In this document: positions 1 to 12,510 of the stretch, one piece after another
Layout: the number at the start of each line of letters is the position of its first letter
How positions within the stretch are numbered: position 1 is the stretch's first letter
From: the human T2T-CHM13v2.0 reference genome, Homo sapiens
Assembly: GCF_009914755.1 (NCBI RefSeq)
Contig: NC_060926.1
DNA length: 64,000 nucleotides
Direction: 5' to 3' (one strand)
Notes under the pieces: model-generated
Seen by the model: only the letters and a program-made list of their open reading frames with translations
Database searches by the model: none
What the model was told of the DNA's origin: nothing
Made by a program: the position numbers and the translations under genes

Positions 1-1659
1 AAAAACTGACTTGATGACTGAACCATAAAATAAAGTGAAGTTTTGCCCATTTTCTCTACAGAAGACAATATAACCCAGTTTTCCAAAAGGAGTGTAGGTG
101 AGATTTCTCCTGGAAACAGGAATATAATATAATACCATTTAGATCTATTGCTCTATTGTTTTTTTCTTTAGTTTAATTCAATTCCTAATTCTTGACTCAA
201 GAGTATAACTTTTCCCTTCAATGGGTCAAGCTTGCTATTTTTTTTTTCTAGATAGTTTTTTTCTCCATTCCCATCTTTTTTTTTTCTAGAACCACATATT
301 CCAGTTCATTTCATTACGGGATCCTTACTGCAATACAGGGGAGTTTGTGCTTAAGAAAAAAAAGACCCCAAAAAAGCACCATTCTGGAGAAAGCCTCACA
401 CTCTATGTGGTATTTGACTATGTGTTCTAATGACATATGCTCATATCTCCTCTGAAAAACACTCAGGGAGCCACGGAGAAGAGGGGCAAAGCATTTTTCC
501 AGCTTGAACCCTTTGGAGTGGTGTCCGAGTTGGAGGAAAAGGCCAGCCATCCTGCTAAATGCACCAGTGAAAGAAAATATTCTGGCAATGTGAGATGGAA
601 AAAATAGAACCTACCAGAATGACTCTTAGGAAGAGTACTATAAATGCTTAGAGGGAAAATGAAGTCACTTAGGGACAAGGAGGTGAGACCCTCCTTCCCC
701 CAAAGGTTAAGCTTAACTAACCCCGGATATTTGATAACCAAGGAAGATGAGTCCATTTGACTCAAGGTCTTTTGATTCTTGAATGCAGTAGGCAAATTTG
801 GGGCCAGGAATTACCAAGGACAATAGAAAACGGACTGAGTGTCCCACCCAAGGGTCTTTCTCCTTTTCTTTTTCTCCTATATCACTCAGCTTTCTCTACA
901 AATTCACTCTGAACAAGCATTTGAAGGAGCGTTCAGAGTATCAGATTATTTATTTTCCTGGCATTCTCTAGTGTTTCTCTGGCCCCTGGTAAAGTCAAGT
1001 GTCCATATCAAGATGCATCTCTCTGAAAGGCAATGCTGCCCAGTGTGGGTGGCAGCAGCCTGAAGTCAACAGGTTTGCTTATTCTAGTTCCTCTGTTTGG
1101 AATTTTTCTCTTTCTTCCCTCTATAGCTGCCTATCTAAACTCTTTCTGTAAGGTCCAGCCCAAATGCGTCTCCTTCATAAGCCTTACCTGGGATTAATTT
1201 ATTCTTCCTTTGTAGATTCATAATTACTTAGAGGTAAAAATAAGGAAAGTATCATGAGACTCTATAACAAGGCACAATGTGATGCCTCTCACTAGAATGT
1301 TAGTTCTGGACATCAGCCATGTCTTCTTTCCTATCTTTGTGTAGGACTCATACTGGGTATCGCAGTTCACACAGAAAAGGTACTAGATAATTTTGTTTGT
1401 TTGTTTTGTTTTTACTATCTTTACTGTTAATTCAGGTGCTAACTAAATTGCCATCCATTGTCCAAAATCACCCTCTGGGACCAAAACCATGGGATGTGAC
1501 CCACATCAGCTGCTAAGCAGCCAATGCGTGATGTGAATTGCTCCAGGGGGCCTGGCCCTAAGAGGATATTTACCATTTAACCATAGAGTCAATGTCTGAC
1601 TAGCATCCATCTGTCTTCTCCCAGTAACATCACTCTGGGTTTCCTTTGGGAAACACTCC

Positions 1660-2290
1660 TCCCCAGTCTTCATTCAAGTGGTTTGGATGGGGCTAAATCT
1701 ACGCCCTATTTGTAGAGGTAGATGTATGGTGCAGACCTACCTTGCATTTCATCTCCTTGGACAGAGTGTTTGCTTCCAAGGTAGCCACAGGAGCCAAGCT
1801 GGATCAATGAGATACAACCTTAGGATTTTTGATGGAACTCTTGGGAAAGAGAGGCTCTTCTTCAATGGTTCCTAAGCCTTGAAATGTATGTCTAGGGATA
1901 CCATTCTGTCACCTCATGCCCAGAGCCTGCCAGAGAGTAATCTCAACACAGGAAGGAGAGAGCTGACATATGGTAGCAGGTAGAGTTGTCCAATAAAATA
2001 GAGAAAGCAGTACAGGGACATGTTTATACTACAAAAAAGTTGTTCATTATTTATATGAAATGTGAATTTCACTGGGTATGCTCTGTTTTTATTTGCTAAA
2101 TCTGGCAACTTGAGCAGCAGGCAGCCTCCATCTTGGGTATTGCATTTCTGAACCCTCGCATTAATCTACACTCTTGGGCTTCTCAGTTATATGAAGAAGT
2201 GGCTACCAGTTTTTTTGTTTGTTTGTTTTTGTTTTTTCTTAAGCCAGTTTGACCTGGCTTTCTATTAATTCTGTTAACTTGCAACACAGA
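1660..2290 (+). mobile_element. Old ERVL-class solo LTR (LTR16/LTR33-like), interrupted by MER53
   Basis: Ends in 'cttaagccagtttgacctggctttct...acttgcaac', typical of the LTR16-class 3' end. Boundaries are approximate. Confidence 0.55.
1981..2111. mobile_element. MER53 DNA transposon (palindromic), one arm largely deleted
   Basis: Matches MER53 ends: 'tagagttgtccaataaaata' ... 'tgtttttatttgctaaatctggcaac'. Confidence 0.75.
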
Positions 2291-3200
2291 AGTTACTCAG
2301 TCACATAGAAGTTCTGCCATCTTTAAGAACAATAGGTGTTCTCTTCTAAAAGAAAATATCCTCAGGAAAATATCTTGCAGGCACCAGTGGGTCATGTCAT
2401 TGGGGCATAGGCCAGAGAGGTAGAGAGCAAGACCAGGAATCTCTGCCAGCTGTTGGGGGCATGGAAGGTACTCAAAGAGATAATATTTTATACCTGAGGC
2501 AAGTGGAAAATAAGCCAGTGACAAGGCCACCTGGAGCAGGATGGAAACACTAGGGCACCACAAGCTGCATGGGCTAGGATCAAAGGAAGTCATCATCACC
2601 AGTGCAGGCAGCTCCATGCATTCCCTCGTGTCCCCAAGAGTAGCCTACCTTTAAAGACTGCACTCCCAACCTAACTTCTGGGCTATTTACAATGAACAAG
2701 AACAGACTCAAATCTACAATACAAACCCTAAGTGATGGAAAAAAGCCAAAATATTCTTGTGGTTTGAGGGGGCAGAGGAAAGAAAGGCAGGGGAGGAAGG
2801 AGAGCAATTCATTTCATAACAGCCTCTGTCACTTGCCATCCCCACCTGGGGGAAGGACAAACTGAGGGCAGTCTGGGTGGGAGAGCAAACAGAAAAGTGT
2901 CTCTCTGGCACCTGAAAGCAAGCAATCTGATCCCAGGGCCCCAGAGACAGGGCTGGAGGACAAAGCTTTGCTGGGGTGAGGGAAGGCGATGAGCTCTGTG
3001 GATTCCAAAGCTTTCTCTGCCCTGCCCTGTCTCCGGGCACCAGCGGGTCATGTCACTGCAAACAAATAACATGGGGAAGCCTGCCAGGAGAAATGACAAG
3101 GGTATTTGCCAGTTGAGAAGGCTTCTACCTGTCAGTCTGGACTGGGACATCAAAGAGTTCCCTCTTCTTGACTTGGATTTCTAACACATTAGCCAGAGCC

Positions 3201-3517
3201 TTTTTTTTTTTTCTTTTTAGACGGAGTGTCACTCTGTCACCCAAGCTGTAGTGCAGTAGCAAGATCTTGGCTCACTGCAACCTCCACCTCCCAGGTTCAG
3301 TGATTCCCCCACCTCAGCCTCCCAAGTAGCTGGGATTACAGGTGCATGCCACCATGCCTGGCTAATTTTTATTTTTATTTTTAATTTTTTTTTGTATTTT
3401 AGTAGAGAAGTTTCACCATGTTGCCCAGGGTGGTTTCAAACTCCTGAGCTCAGGCAATCCGCCTGCCTCAGCCTCCCAAAGTGCTGTGATTACAGGCATG
3501 AGCCACCACACCCGGCT
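3201..3517 (-). mobile_element. Alu (AluS/J)
   Basis: Poly-T, then both Alu arms in reverse orientation; TSD gccagagcc(tt) on both sides. Confidence 0.95.
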
Positions 3518-4509
3518 GCCAGAGCCTTAATTAAGCAACTTCTGTGTGCTGGGGTGCTGGGCTTGGTGGTCATTTACATTCACTACACAGTTATTTTTCT
3601 GGTTTTCTAGCAAAATCTTTTGAAAATATAAGTCAAAACTAGTATTATCCCTATTTGGGGAAACAAGAAACTGAGGTGTGGACCTCCTTAGATCATGAAT
3701 GCAGAGGAAGAAAGGCTTACAGCCATTATTAATCCCTGAATCTGTCATCATTCTTCTTTCCAGAAATCGGCACGGTGGCTTGCAGGCCAATACTGGCAAA
3801 TCCTCTTTGTAGCAAGTCCCTACAACTAACTACAATGGAATCAAGTTTTTATTATTGCTTTAAAAAACTCAATGTTGTATTGGTGGAGATAATACCAACC
3901 CCACAGTCATGGCAACTGAAGGCTCTTATTGAAAGGATGCTCCAAGCTTTCTTATTGAAAGCTTGGAGGAAGGTTCAATATTATCACTTATTACTGATCT
4001 TTGGTATTCTTTGTTTAAAAGGTATCATTCCAGTCTTATATATATATACACAGATACATGTATACATTTGCTATTATTACACATATTTTATGTTGTTTTT
4101 TTCATATTCATATTCACGTAACATTTTTAAAGCCCTGAAGGCAAAACAAGCTGTTACCTTTCTATTGTGATCAAAATTCATAGCTACAAATTAGATTGCA
4201 CGTTCACCATAATCATCTTCACCATCCTCATAATCAATACAAAAAGCCTCTCTCAATTCAGCAAACATTATGGAATGCATACTGTGTGTTGAATACCAGG
4301 TATAAAGTAGCAGATAAAACATAGTCTTTAGCTTACATATTACTGATGAACTCAGATACTTAAATGGAATATTTAATTAAAATATAATAAAGGAAATGAT
4401 GAAGACAGGCAAAGCTTACTAGAGATACCAGAGTGGTTGGAGAGACCTGAAAAGACCCCAAGCTGGGGATTTCCAGGAACACTTCTCGGAAGCAGTGGCA
4501 AGTCCTTTT

Positions 4510-4760
4510 AATTTTTAATTTTATTTTATTGTGTTAAGAAAATTTAACATGGGAATCTAACTGCTTAACACATTTCTAAGTGGGCAATACAGTATTATTG
4601 ACAACCATTTTGTACAGCAGATCTCTTGAACTTACTCATCATGCTTAACTGAAACTTTATGCCAGCTGACCAGTAATTCCCCACTTCCCCTGTCCTAGCC
4701 CCTGGTAACCACTATTCCATTCTTTTATTCTAGGAATTTGACTATTTTACATACTTCATG
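4510..4760 (-). mobile_element. L1MA/MB 3' end fragment, host of the THE1 insertion
   Basis: 'ttgtacagcagatctcttgaacttactcatc...cccctggtaaccactattccattct' is the antisense L1M 3' UTR; it resumes briefly after 6983. Confidence 0.8.
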
Positions 4761-6983
4761 TGTATTAGTCCATTTTCACACTGCTGATAAAGATATACCC
4801 AAGACTGGGCAATTTACAAAAGAAAGAGGTTTGCCAGACTTACAGTTCCACATGGCTGGGGAGGCCTCACAATCATGGTAGAAGGTGAAAGGCACATCTC
4901 CCATGGCAGTGGCAAGAGAGAGAACTTGTGCAGGGATGCTCCCCCTTATAGAACCACCAGATCTCATAAGACTTATTCACTATCACAAGAATAGCACAGG
5001 AAAGACCTGTGCCCATGATTCAATTACCTCCCACTGGGTTCCTCCCACAACACGTGGGAATTCAAGATGAGATTTGGGTGGGACACAGTCAAACCATATT
5101 ATTCCTCCCCAGCCCCACCCAAATCTTATTTCTTCACATTTCAAAACCAATCATGCCTTCCCAACAGTCCCCCCAAGGTCTTAACTCATTTCAGCATTAA
5201 CTCAAAAGTCCACAGTCCAACGTCTCACCTGAGACAAAGCAAGTCCCTTCTGCCTATGAACCTGTAAAATCAAAAGCAAGTTAGTGACTTCCTAGATGCA
5301 ATGGGGGCACAGGTATTGGGTAAATACAGCCATTCCAAATGGGAGAATTTGACCAAAACAAAGGGACTACAGGCCCCATGCAAGTCCAAAATCCCTCCTT
5401 TGACTCCATGTCTCACATCCAGGTCAGGCTGATGCAAGAGGTGGGTTCCTATGGTCTTGGGCGCTTTATGTCTGTGACTTTGCAGGATTTAGCCCTGCTC
5501 CTGGCTGCTTTCACAGGCTGGTGTTGAGTGTCTGTGGCTTTTCCAGGCACACAGTGCAAGCTGTCAGTAGATCTACCATTCTGAGGTCCAGAGGATGGTG
5601 GCCGTCTTCTCACAGCTCCACTAGGCAGTACCACAGTAGGGACTCTGTGTGGGGGCTCCAACCTCACATTTCCCTTCCGTAATGTCCTAGCAGAGGTTCT
5701 CCATGAGGGCCCCACCCCTGCAGCAAACTTCTGCCTGGGCATCCATGCATTTCTATACATCCTCTGAAATCTAGCTGGAGGTTTCCAAACCCCAATTCTT
5801 GACTTCTGTGCACTCTCAGGCTCAATACCACATGGAAGCTGCCAAGGCTTGGGGCTTGCACCCTCTTAAGCCATGGCCCGAGCTGTACATTGGCCCTTTC
5901 AGCCATGGCTAGAGCTGCTGGGATTCAGGGCACCAAGTCCCTAGGCTGCACACAGCAGGGAGACCTTGGACCCAGCCCACTAAACCACTTTCTCCTAGGC
6001 CTCCAGGCCTATAATGGGAGGGGCTGCAGTGAAGACCTCTGACAGGCCCTGGAGACATTTTCCCTATTGTCTTTGGGAATAACATTCAGCTCCTCGTTAC
6101 TTATGTAAATTTACGCAGCCAGCTTGAGTTTCTCTCCAGAAAATGGGTTTTTCTTTTCTGTCACATAGTCAGGCTGAAAATTTTCCAAACTTTTATGCTC
6201 TGCTTCTCTTATGAAACTGAATGCCTTTAACAGCATCCAAGTCACATCTTGAATGCTTTGTTGCTTAGCAATTTCTTCCACAAGATACCCTAAATCATCT
6301 CTCTCAAGTTCAAAGTTCCACAAATCTCTAGGGCAGGGGCAAAATGCCACCAGTCTCTTTTCTAAAACATAACAAGAGTCACCTTTGCTCCAGTTCCCAA
6401 CGAGTTCCTCATCTCCATCTGAGACCACCTCAGGCTGGGCCTTATTGTCCATATCGCTATCAGGCTTTTGGTCAAAACCATTCGACAAGTCTCTAGAAAG
6501 TTTCACACTTTCCCACATTTTCCTGTTTTCTCCTGAGACCTCCAAACTGTTCCAACTTCCGCTTGTTACCCAGTTCCAAAGCCACTTCCACATTTTTGGG
6601 TATCTTTTCAGCAACACCTCACTCTACTGGTACCAATTTACTGTATTAGTTCATTTTCACACTGCTGATAAAGACAAACCTGAGACTGGGCAATTTACAA
6701 AAGAAAGAGGTTTATTGGACTTACAATTCCATGTGGCTGGGGAGGCCTCACAATCATGGCAGAAAGTGAAAGGCATGTCTCACATGGTGGCAGCAAGAGA
6801 GAGAACTTGTGCAGGGAAACTGCCCCTTATAGAACCATCAGATCTCATGAGATTTATTCACTATCACAAGAACAGCACAGGTAAGACCTGTCCCCACGAT
6901 TCAATTACCTCCCACTGGGTCCCTCCCACAACAAATGGGAATTTAAGATGAGATTTTGGTGGGGACACAGTCAAATCATATTA
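4761..6983 (-). mobile_element. Full-length THE1 MaLR (THE1C-like): LTR 4761-5101, internal 5102-6641, LTR 6642-6983
   Basis: Two similar ~340-bp direct repeats starting 'tgtattagt' flank THE1-int sequence. The 5-bp TSD is tcatg/tcata. The minus-strand ORF 6111-6617 (…DGDEELVGNWSKGDSCY…CPCPRDLWNFELERDDLGYL…) is the MaLR internal ORF remnant. Confidence 0.93.
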
Positions 6984-9900
6984 TCATATAAGCAGGATCT
7001 AACTTTAGCATATGCAAACACTGTATATGTGTGATTCTTTGAATTGCCCTGCAAGCCAATTCTAACATCTTGATGGTTCCCTTATTAATTATTGAGCAAT
7101 ATAAAATCTTTGACATGTGCTCATCTTACAATATCTAGGTGTTTTGGTTTTACCTTTTAAGAATAGATTAGCTAAAGAGAACACACTGCATGTCAGTTTT
7201 CCCAGAGCCTCACCATAAGCACAGCTTTTCCTCAACATTATGAAAAAATGAAACTTTTCCTTAGCAACATTGCATAGTTATTTTTTACATTCCTGTCCTC
7301 TTAAAGGGTGCCCCATTTCCTTTCCCTCTCATCTCCCCTTTTATTCCCCTTTCTGCCACCCCAGCCAAGTGGTCTTCATCCATTCCCTTGCAAAATTAGT
7401 TATCTCTTTTTTTGCCACCCCCACCCCAAAATTAATTTTCTATAAAAGCCGATACTCATCATCATTACAGTGTAGCTGAGATATAAACATTAATGTGCAC
7501 CCTTTCGTACAGCACTTCTCTAGCATTTTGCCAGGGAACAAAGGTTTCAGCTAGAAAAAAAAAATTCTAAAGGTTGAGACTTCTGGGAGAAAATCACAGA
7601 TCATTTCGTAGTAAAGTATAAAGGCTTTTCAGATACTCTGAAATCAGACTTTGTCACCTTGTGTCCCCCCACAAAAAAATAATATTTTTGAGTGATAACC
7701 AGTACCAAATAGACAAATCAGGCTGTTTACCAGTGGAACAGCTCCAGGTTATGAAAAATAATGCTGAAGGACAGGGTCCTTTGCTAGAAGAATGTCACTT
7801 GAGGTACAATACTCTGTCCTAAACAGTCAAACAACAGACACACAGTAGAATAAACATGTTGAGCACACAAAATGAAGAATAACAATGCATTGGGTGTGTG
7901 TGTGTACAGTGTGAGAGGGAGGCAGTGTCAACTCTCTGCTGCCACCTGCTCTGGAATGGAAGACGCTGGGTGTTCAGAAGACAACCACATTGACTTTCCT
8001 ACCCTGGCTCTTCGTGATCTGCCATCTCCAAACTTTTTAAGTTTTCACACAGGGCACATGGAAAAGAAGACAAGCAGCACTTTCTGAAAACATGAGTAAT
8101 GGGAAGGCTTGATCAAATGAGCAGGCAAGGCCATCCCAGGGGCTTCTCCTGATATTACTTCTCTTCATGATGTAACCTGCCCACTCTCTATGATCCGCAG
8201 TTAAATTGCTAAGATAGGTTTTTGGGTTGGACCCAGAAACCGTCAGAGTCTCGTGGTCTTAGGGATCAGGATTGCTACTACCTCACCCCCCCCCCCCACT
8301 CAGTTTAAATGGGGACAACTGATGTCTAGGGACACTTCCAGAGGTCTCAGGCTATAATTAGCTGATGAGTATCCAATCTGAGGTCTTAGATATAATGAGC
8401 TGTAGCCGACAAGGAGAATTCAGGCACCAGCACTTACCAGATATGGCAAGCTCCACCTCTCTCTTTATTCCCTTCATCTTGCTTCTGCCAGCACTCCCAC
8501 AGACCTCGTGCAGGGCAGTGAGCCCATGGGAAAGAGCCAAGAATTCCTTCATCTGGGGCTGTGCCTCTGCAACCCTGAAGATTTAGGGCCAGAGATGATC
8601 CGCCTTTCAGAACTCAACAGCCAATCTTTGGAAAGAACCTATGACTCAATAGCAGCCATGCGATTCAGCCTGCACCCCTCCACCCCTCTGCCCTCACACC
8701 CCCAACTTCCAAATATGGATAGAGTTAATGTCCCACTTCTGAAACACATGTGATTGTACAGTCATTCTTCAGTCACACCACCTGAAGATGATTTAGTCCA
8801 TGGAATTCATCAGAGAACAAAGAGCAAACCAGCTGCTGATTGATTGGGGTGGTGTCAGAATCAGAACTAGAACACAGAGTGGGAAATATTAGGGCCAGGA
8901 ATGCATCAGCTCATTTAATTAATTTTCTGAGAATCTTTGGTTCTAGTTTCTCTTCTGCTCTTCTGTCTTATCTCACTACCAAATGAGATAATTTAAAATA
9001 ATGTATATAAAAGTGGTTTGAAAATAATAATATGGAATATAATTGAAATAATAATTGGAAAAACAATGAAATGAACATAATATGGAATATCTATTATGCA
9101 CTGGCCAAGTGTTTTATATAAATTATTATATCTAATCCTTAAAGCTGAAGCTCAGAGAAGTTAAGAAATTTGCCTATAAACACAGAGATCTGTCTGATTC
9201 AGAAGTTCCTCTTTTGACAGTGCAGCTATACATCTCCCAAGCTGTTTACTTGGGGTATAGACCCTGATGGCTGTTCTAATGCTCTTCAGCTTTTGGGCTG
9301 GCCCCTCTAGCTGTCTTAATGAAATACAAAACAGATCTCTACAGTGTCCCAAACAAACTCCTTCATATGCCTCCACACTCCAGAACAACTAATTGCCAAC
9401 GAGGAGTTAGTGATGCAATGGCAAGGTGGGTGGCTTTGTATGAACAAGAACAAACAAGGATCTTGCCTGAAGGACACATACATTCCACCAACTCCTATGC
9501 CAGGAGACTCATTTCCTTTCAAATACCACCCATTTTACAGAACGTGTCAGTGCCCTGAGTAAGCCCCACCAGCTCTGTGTCTTTAGTTTCCAAACCGGGC
9601 TGAAACAGTGGGTGTTTAATCATTGTTTTTATGAGCTCCTGTATGTCAGCACTTTGACAGATGTTTTAAATAGATCAACTCATTTAATGCACTAGTACAA
9701 ACATGTGAAATATCCCCATTCTACTGGTGTGAAAACTGAGGCCAGGAGAGGTCAAATTGGAAATTCTACATCCCTGATCAGAGCCACTAACCAAGATGCA
9801 AAAAGCAACGAAGAACCTGCACAGCTAGTAACTGACAACACGTAGGTCTTTGTTAGTGGCCAACTTATTTGACCGGAGCATCCTTATGGTTATTGAAGGA

Positions 9901-10123
9901 AGGTTGTACATTATTGTGGTTCCCTAAGCAGGTTGTACAACATTTCTCTCCCTCTCTAAAAAGGCTGATGTCACTTCTCTAGGTGATGTTTTGTGGTATG
10001 TGATAGGGCTGGATCACATATCTTTTAGACATCTATTATTTCATTACGTAAGTCTTAGGCTCAAAGGAATTTTTAGGAGTCATTTAATAAAATAACATGC
10101 GTTGAATCCTCCCATCTTTTTAA

Positions 10124-10459
<336 letters not shown>

Positions 10460-12106
10460 AACACTTTATAATTTCTAAGCACTTTTACATGCATTAGTTC
10501 ATTTGACCCTCACCACTCTTAGAAATTGTTTCTAACTTGAAGAGTTTTGTAAGGATTCAATGGAAAGTGTTAAATGAGAAAATGTACGTTTAGCACAATG
10601 CCTGAGGCACATAATATATGCCTGCTAAATGTCAACTATTATAAATGCTAATTCTTTGGAAGTGGTAGGCAATGTGGTCTATTTCCTACCACACTCCCAA
10701 GGATCTTCAGAGGATAGAGAACTGTGGGTTTTTTTGATGACCACATCTTTCCCTCAATTTTGCCATCTTATGTTTGTTTCATTTGCTTGTTTTCTGATGA
10801 TAGGTAAAACTCATGTTGTCATGTACCAGCATTCTCCAGTTAGATTGCATTATAATAAGGTGATAACTCTCTCTCTGACTCTGGAAACTGGGGAAGATCT
10901 AGTGTTTTCATGGCTGGCAGATCTGAGAGGCTGACATCAAGGACTGACTTGTTGCTCATGATGGCCTTTGGAATTCTCAACCAACAGCTTTGTAGAGCTG
11001 GGTCAGGTCAGGCAGTGGATTAGTCTGCTGGACTCAGCTCTCCACTTGGGAGCCAAGAGACAGGAGTTAAAGTCTTCTTCTTAACCACTGAGTCACTAAG
11101 ACTTGAATCGGGCTCCTAGCCTTCCCTGCATGAATCCTTCCTCCTCAAAACCGCTGGCTTCTGCTTCCCTCATTTGTGCTTCATAAAGCCCCACTACATG
11201 AAGTTGGAGGAACTGCTTCAGGGGATGTAGACTTGAGGTATTTATTTCTAGTCAGCTTAAATATTTAGCCAGCCACAGAGTAAACAAGATCATGGATTAT
11301 CCTTGGCAGTTAACCCCAAAAGAAAGTCAAAAATAAACTGGGAGCATGGGCTTAGAAGTCATTCCCTGGTGATACTCTGGCCTGTGGGGACTTCATTAGG
11401 CACTGTCTCCATCCTGAGAACGACCCAGCCCAGTGGCCCCAGCCTTCATGGATTCACAGCATACAGCAGCAGACCCACCCTCAGCACTCTCCCTTCTTCC
11501 TTCCTCCATGGGGTTCCAGGATGAACTCAGCTGCAAAGTGGGTCATTTGAGCCCACAGTGGAGATGACGGCTATCCTGGTAGGGTGTTGGGACCCAGCCC
11601 AACATAAATGCCTGGTGGGGTAATTACTGAGATGAGACTGGATTTATACCAAGCCATTTTCCTGTTGGTGTGGATGTGAGGCTACTGCTTCACTCTGGGA
11701 AATCATAGCATTCCTATTCATGTATCAAGACTGTCCTCAGGAAAGCCCTGAGACAAAAGCTCAAGGCTAGCTGTCTGTATAGAAAATGGGCTCACATACA
11801 ATCCACCAGGAAATACCCCACTTCTCTACTGAGCAGAAGCTCTGGGAGGAGAAGCTTTGTGCAAATCCCCCCTCACCTCCTCTCTCTTTCTCACACACAC
11901 AAGCACACATACATATATGCCACCCACCAAATCTAAGGGAATATTAATATTAGAAACAAATATTACTTTAAAGATCTGGGAAGAAATGGAGCCAAATAAG
12001 ATGGACGAACCTAAAAGACCACATGGCAATTCTCAGGACTTACTAGCAAATATCCATCCTGCTGAATGTGACAGGACTCAGTGGGGTAGGTGCGATGGTA
12101 TGGGTA

Positions 12107-12510
12107 GTGTGTATGAGTTCAGTTGTGTCTCTGTAAAATTCATATGTTCACATTGTAACCTCTAGTACTTCAGAATATGACCTTACTTGGAAATGGGCTC
12201 TTTCCAGATATAATCACATTAAAATGATGTCATTAGGATAGGCCCTAATCTGATATGACCGATATCCTTATTAAAAGGGAGACTTTTGATACAGGACATG
12301 CACAGAAGAAAGACAATGTAAAGAGAAATTATAAGAGGGCCATCTACAAGCCAAGGAGAGAGACTTGGAATAGACCCTCCCCTCACAGTCCTCAGAAGCA
12401 GCCAATCCTGGAGATACCTTGATCTTGGACTTCTAGGCTCTGGAACTGTAAGATAATTAATTTCTGTTGTTTAAGCTGCACAGTCTATGATACTTTGTAT
12501 GGCAGCCCCT
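12107..12510 (+). mobile_element. MLT1 (MLT1B-like) solo LTR
   Basis: 'gaccttacttggaaatggg...ggccctaatctgatatgac...gccatctacaagccaaggagag...ttgatcttggacttct...tttctgttgtttaagc...tactttgtatggcagccc'. Confidence 0.85.

Noticed and set aside
8285-8297. Poly-C run (also 21197-21217)
   Set aside because: Simple homopolymer tracts with no supporting context.
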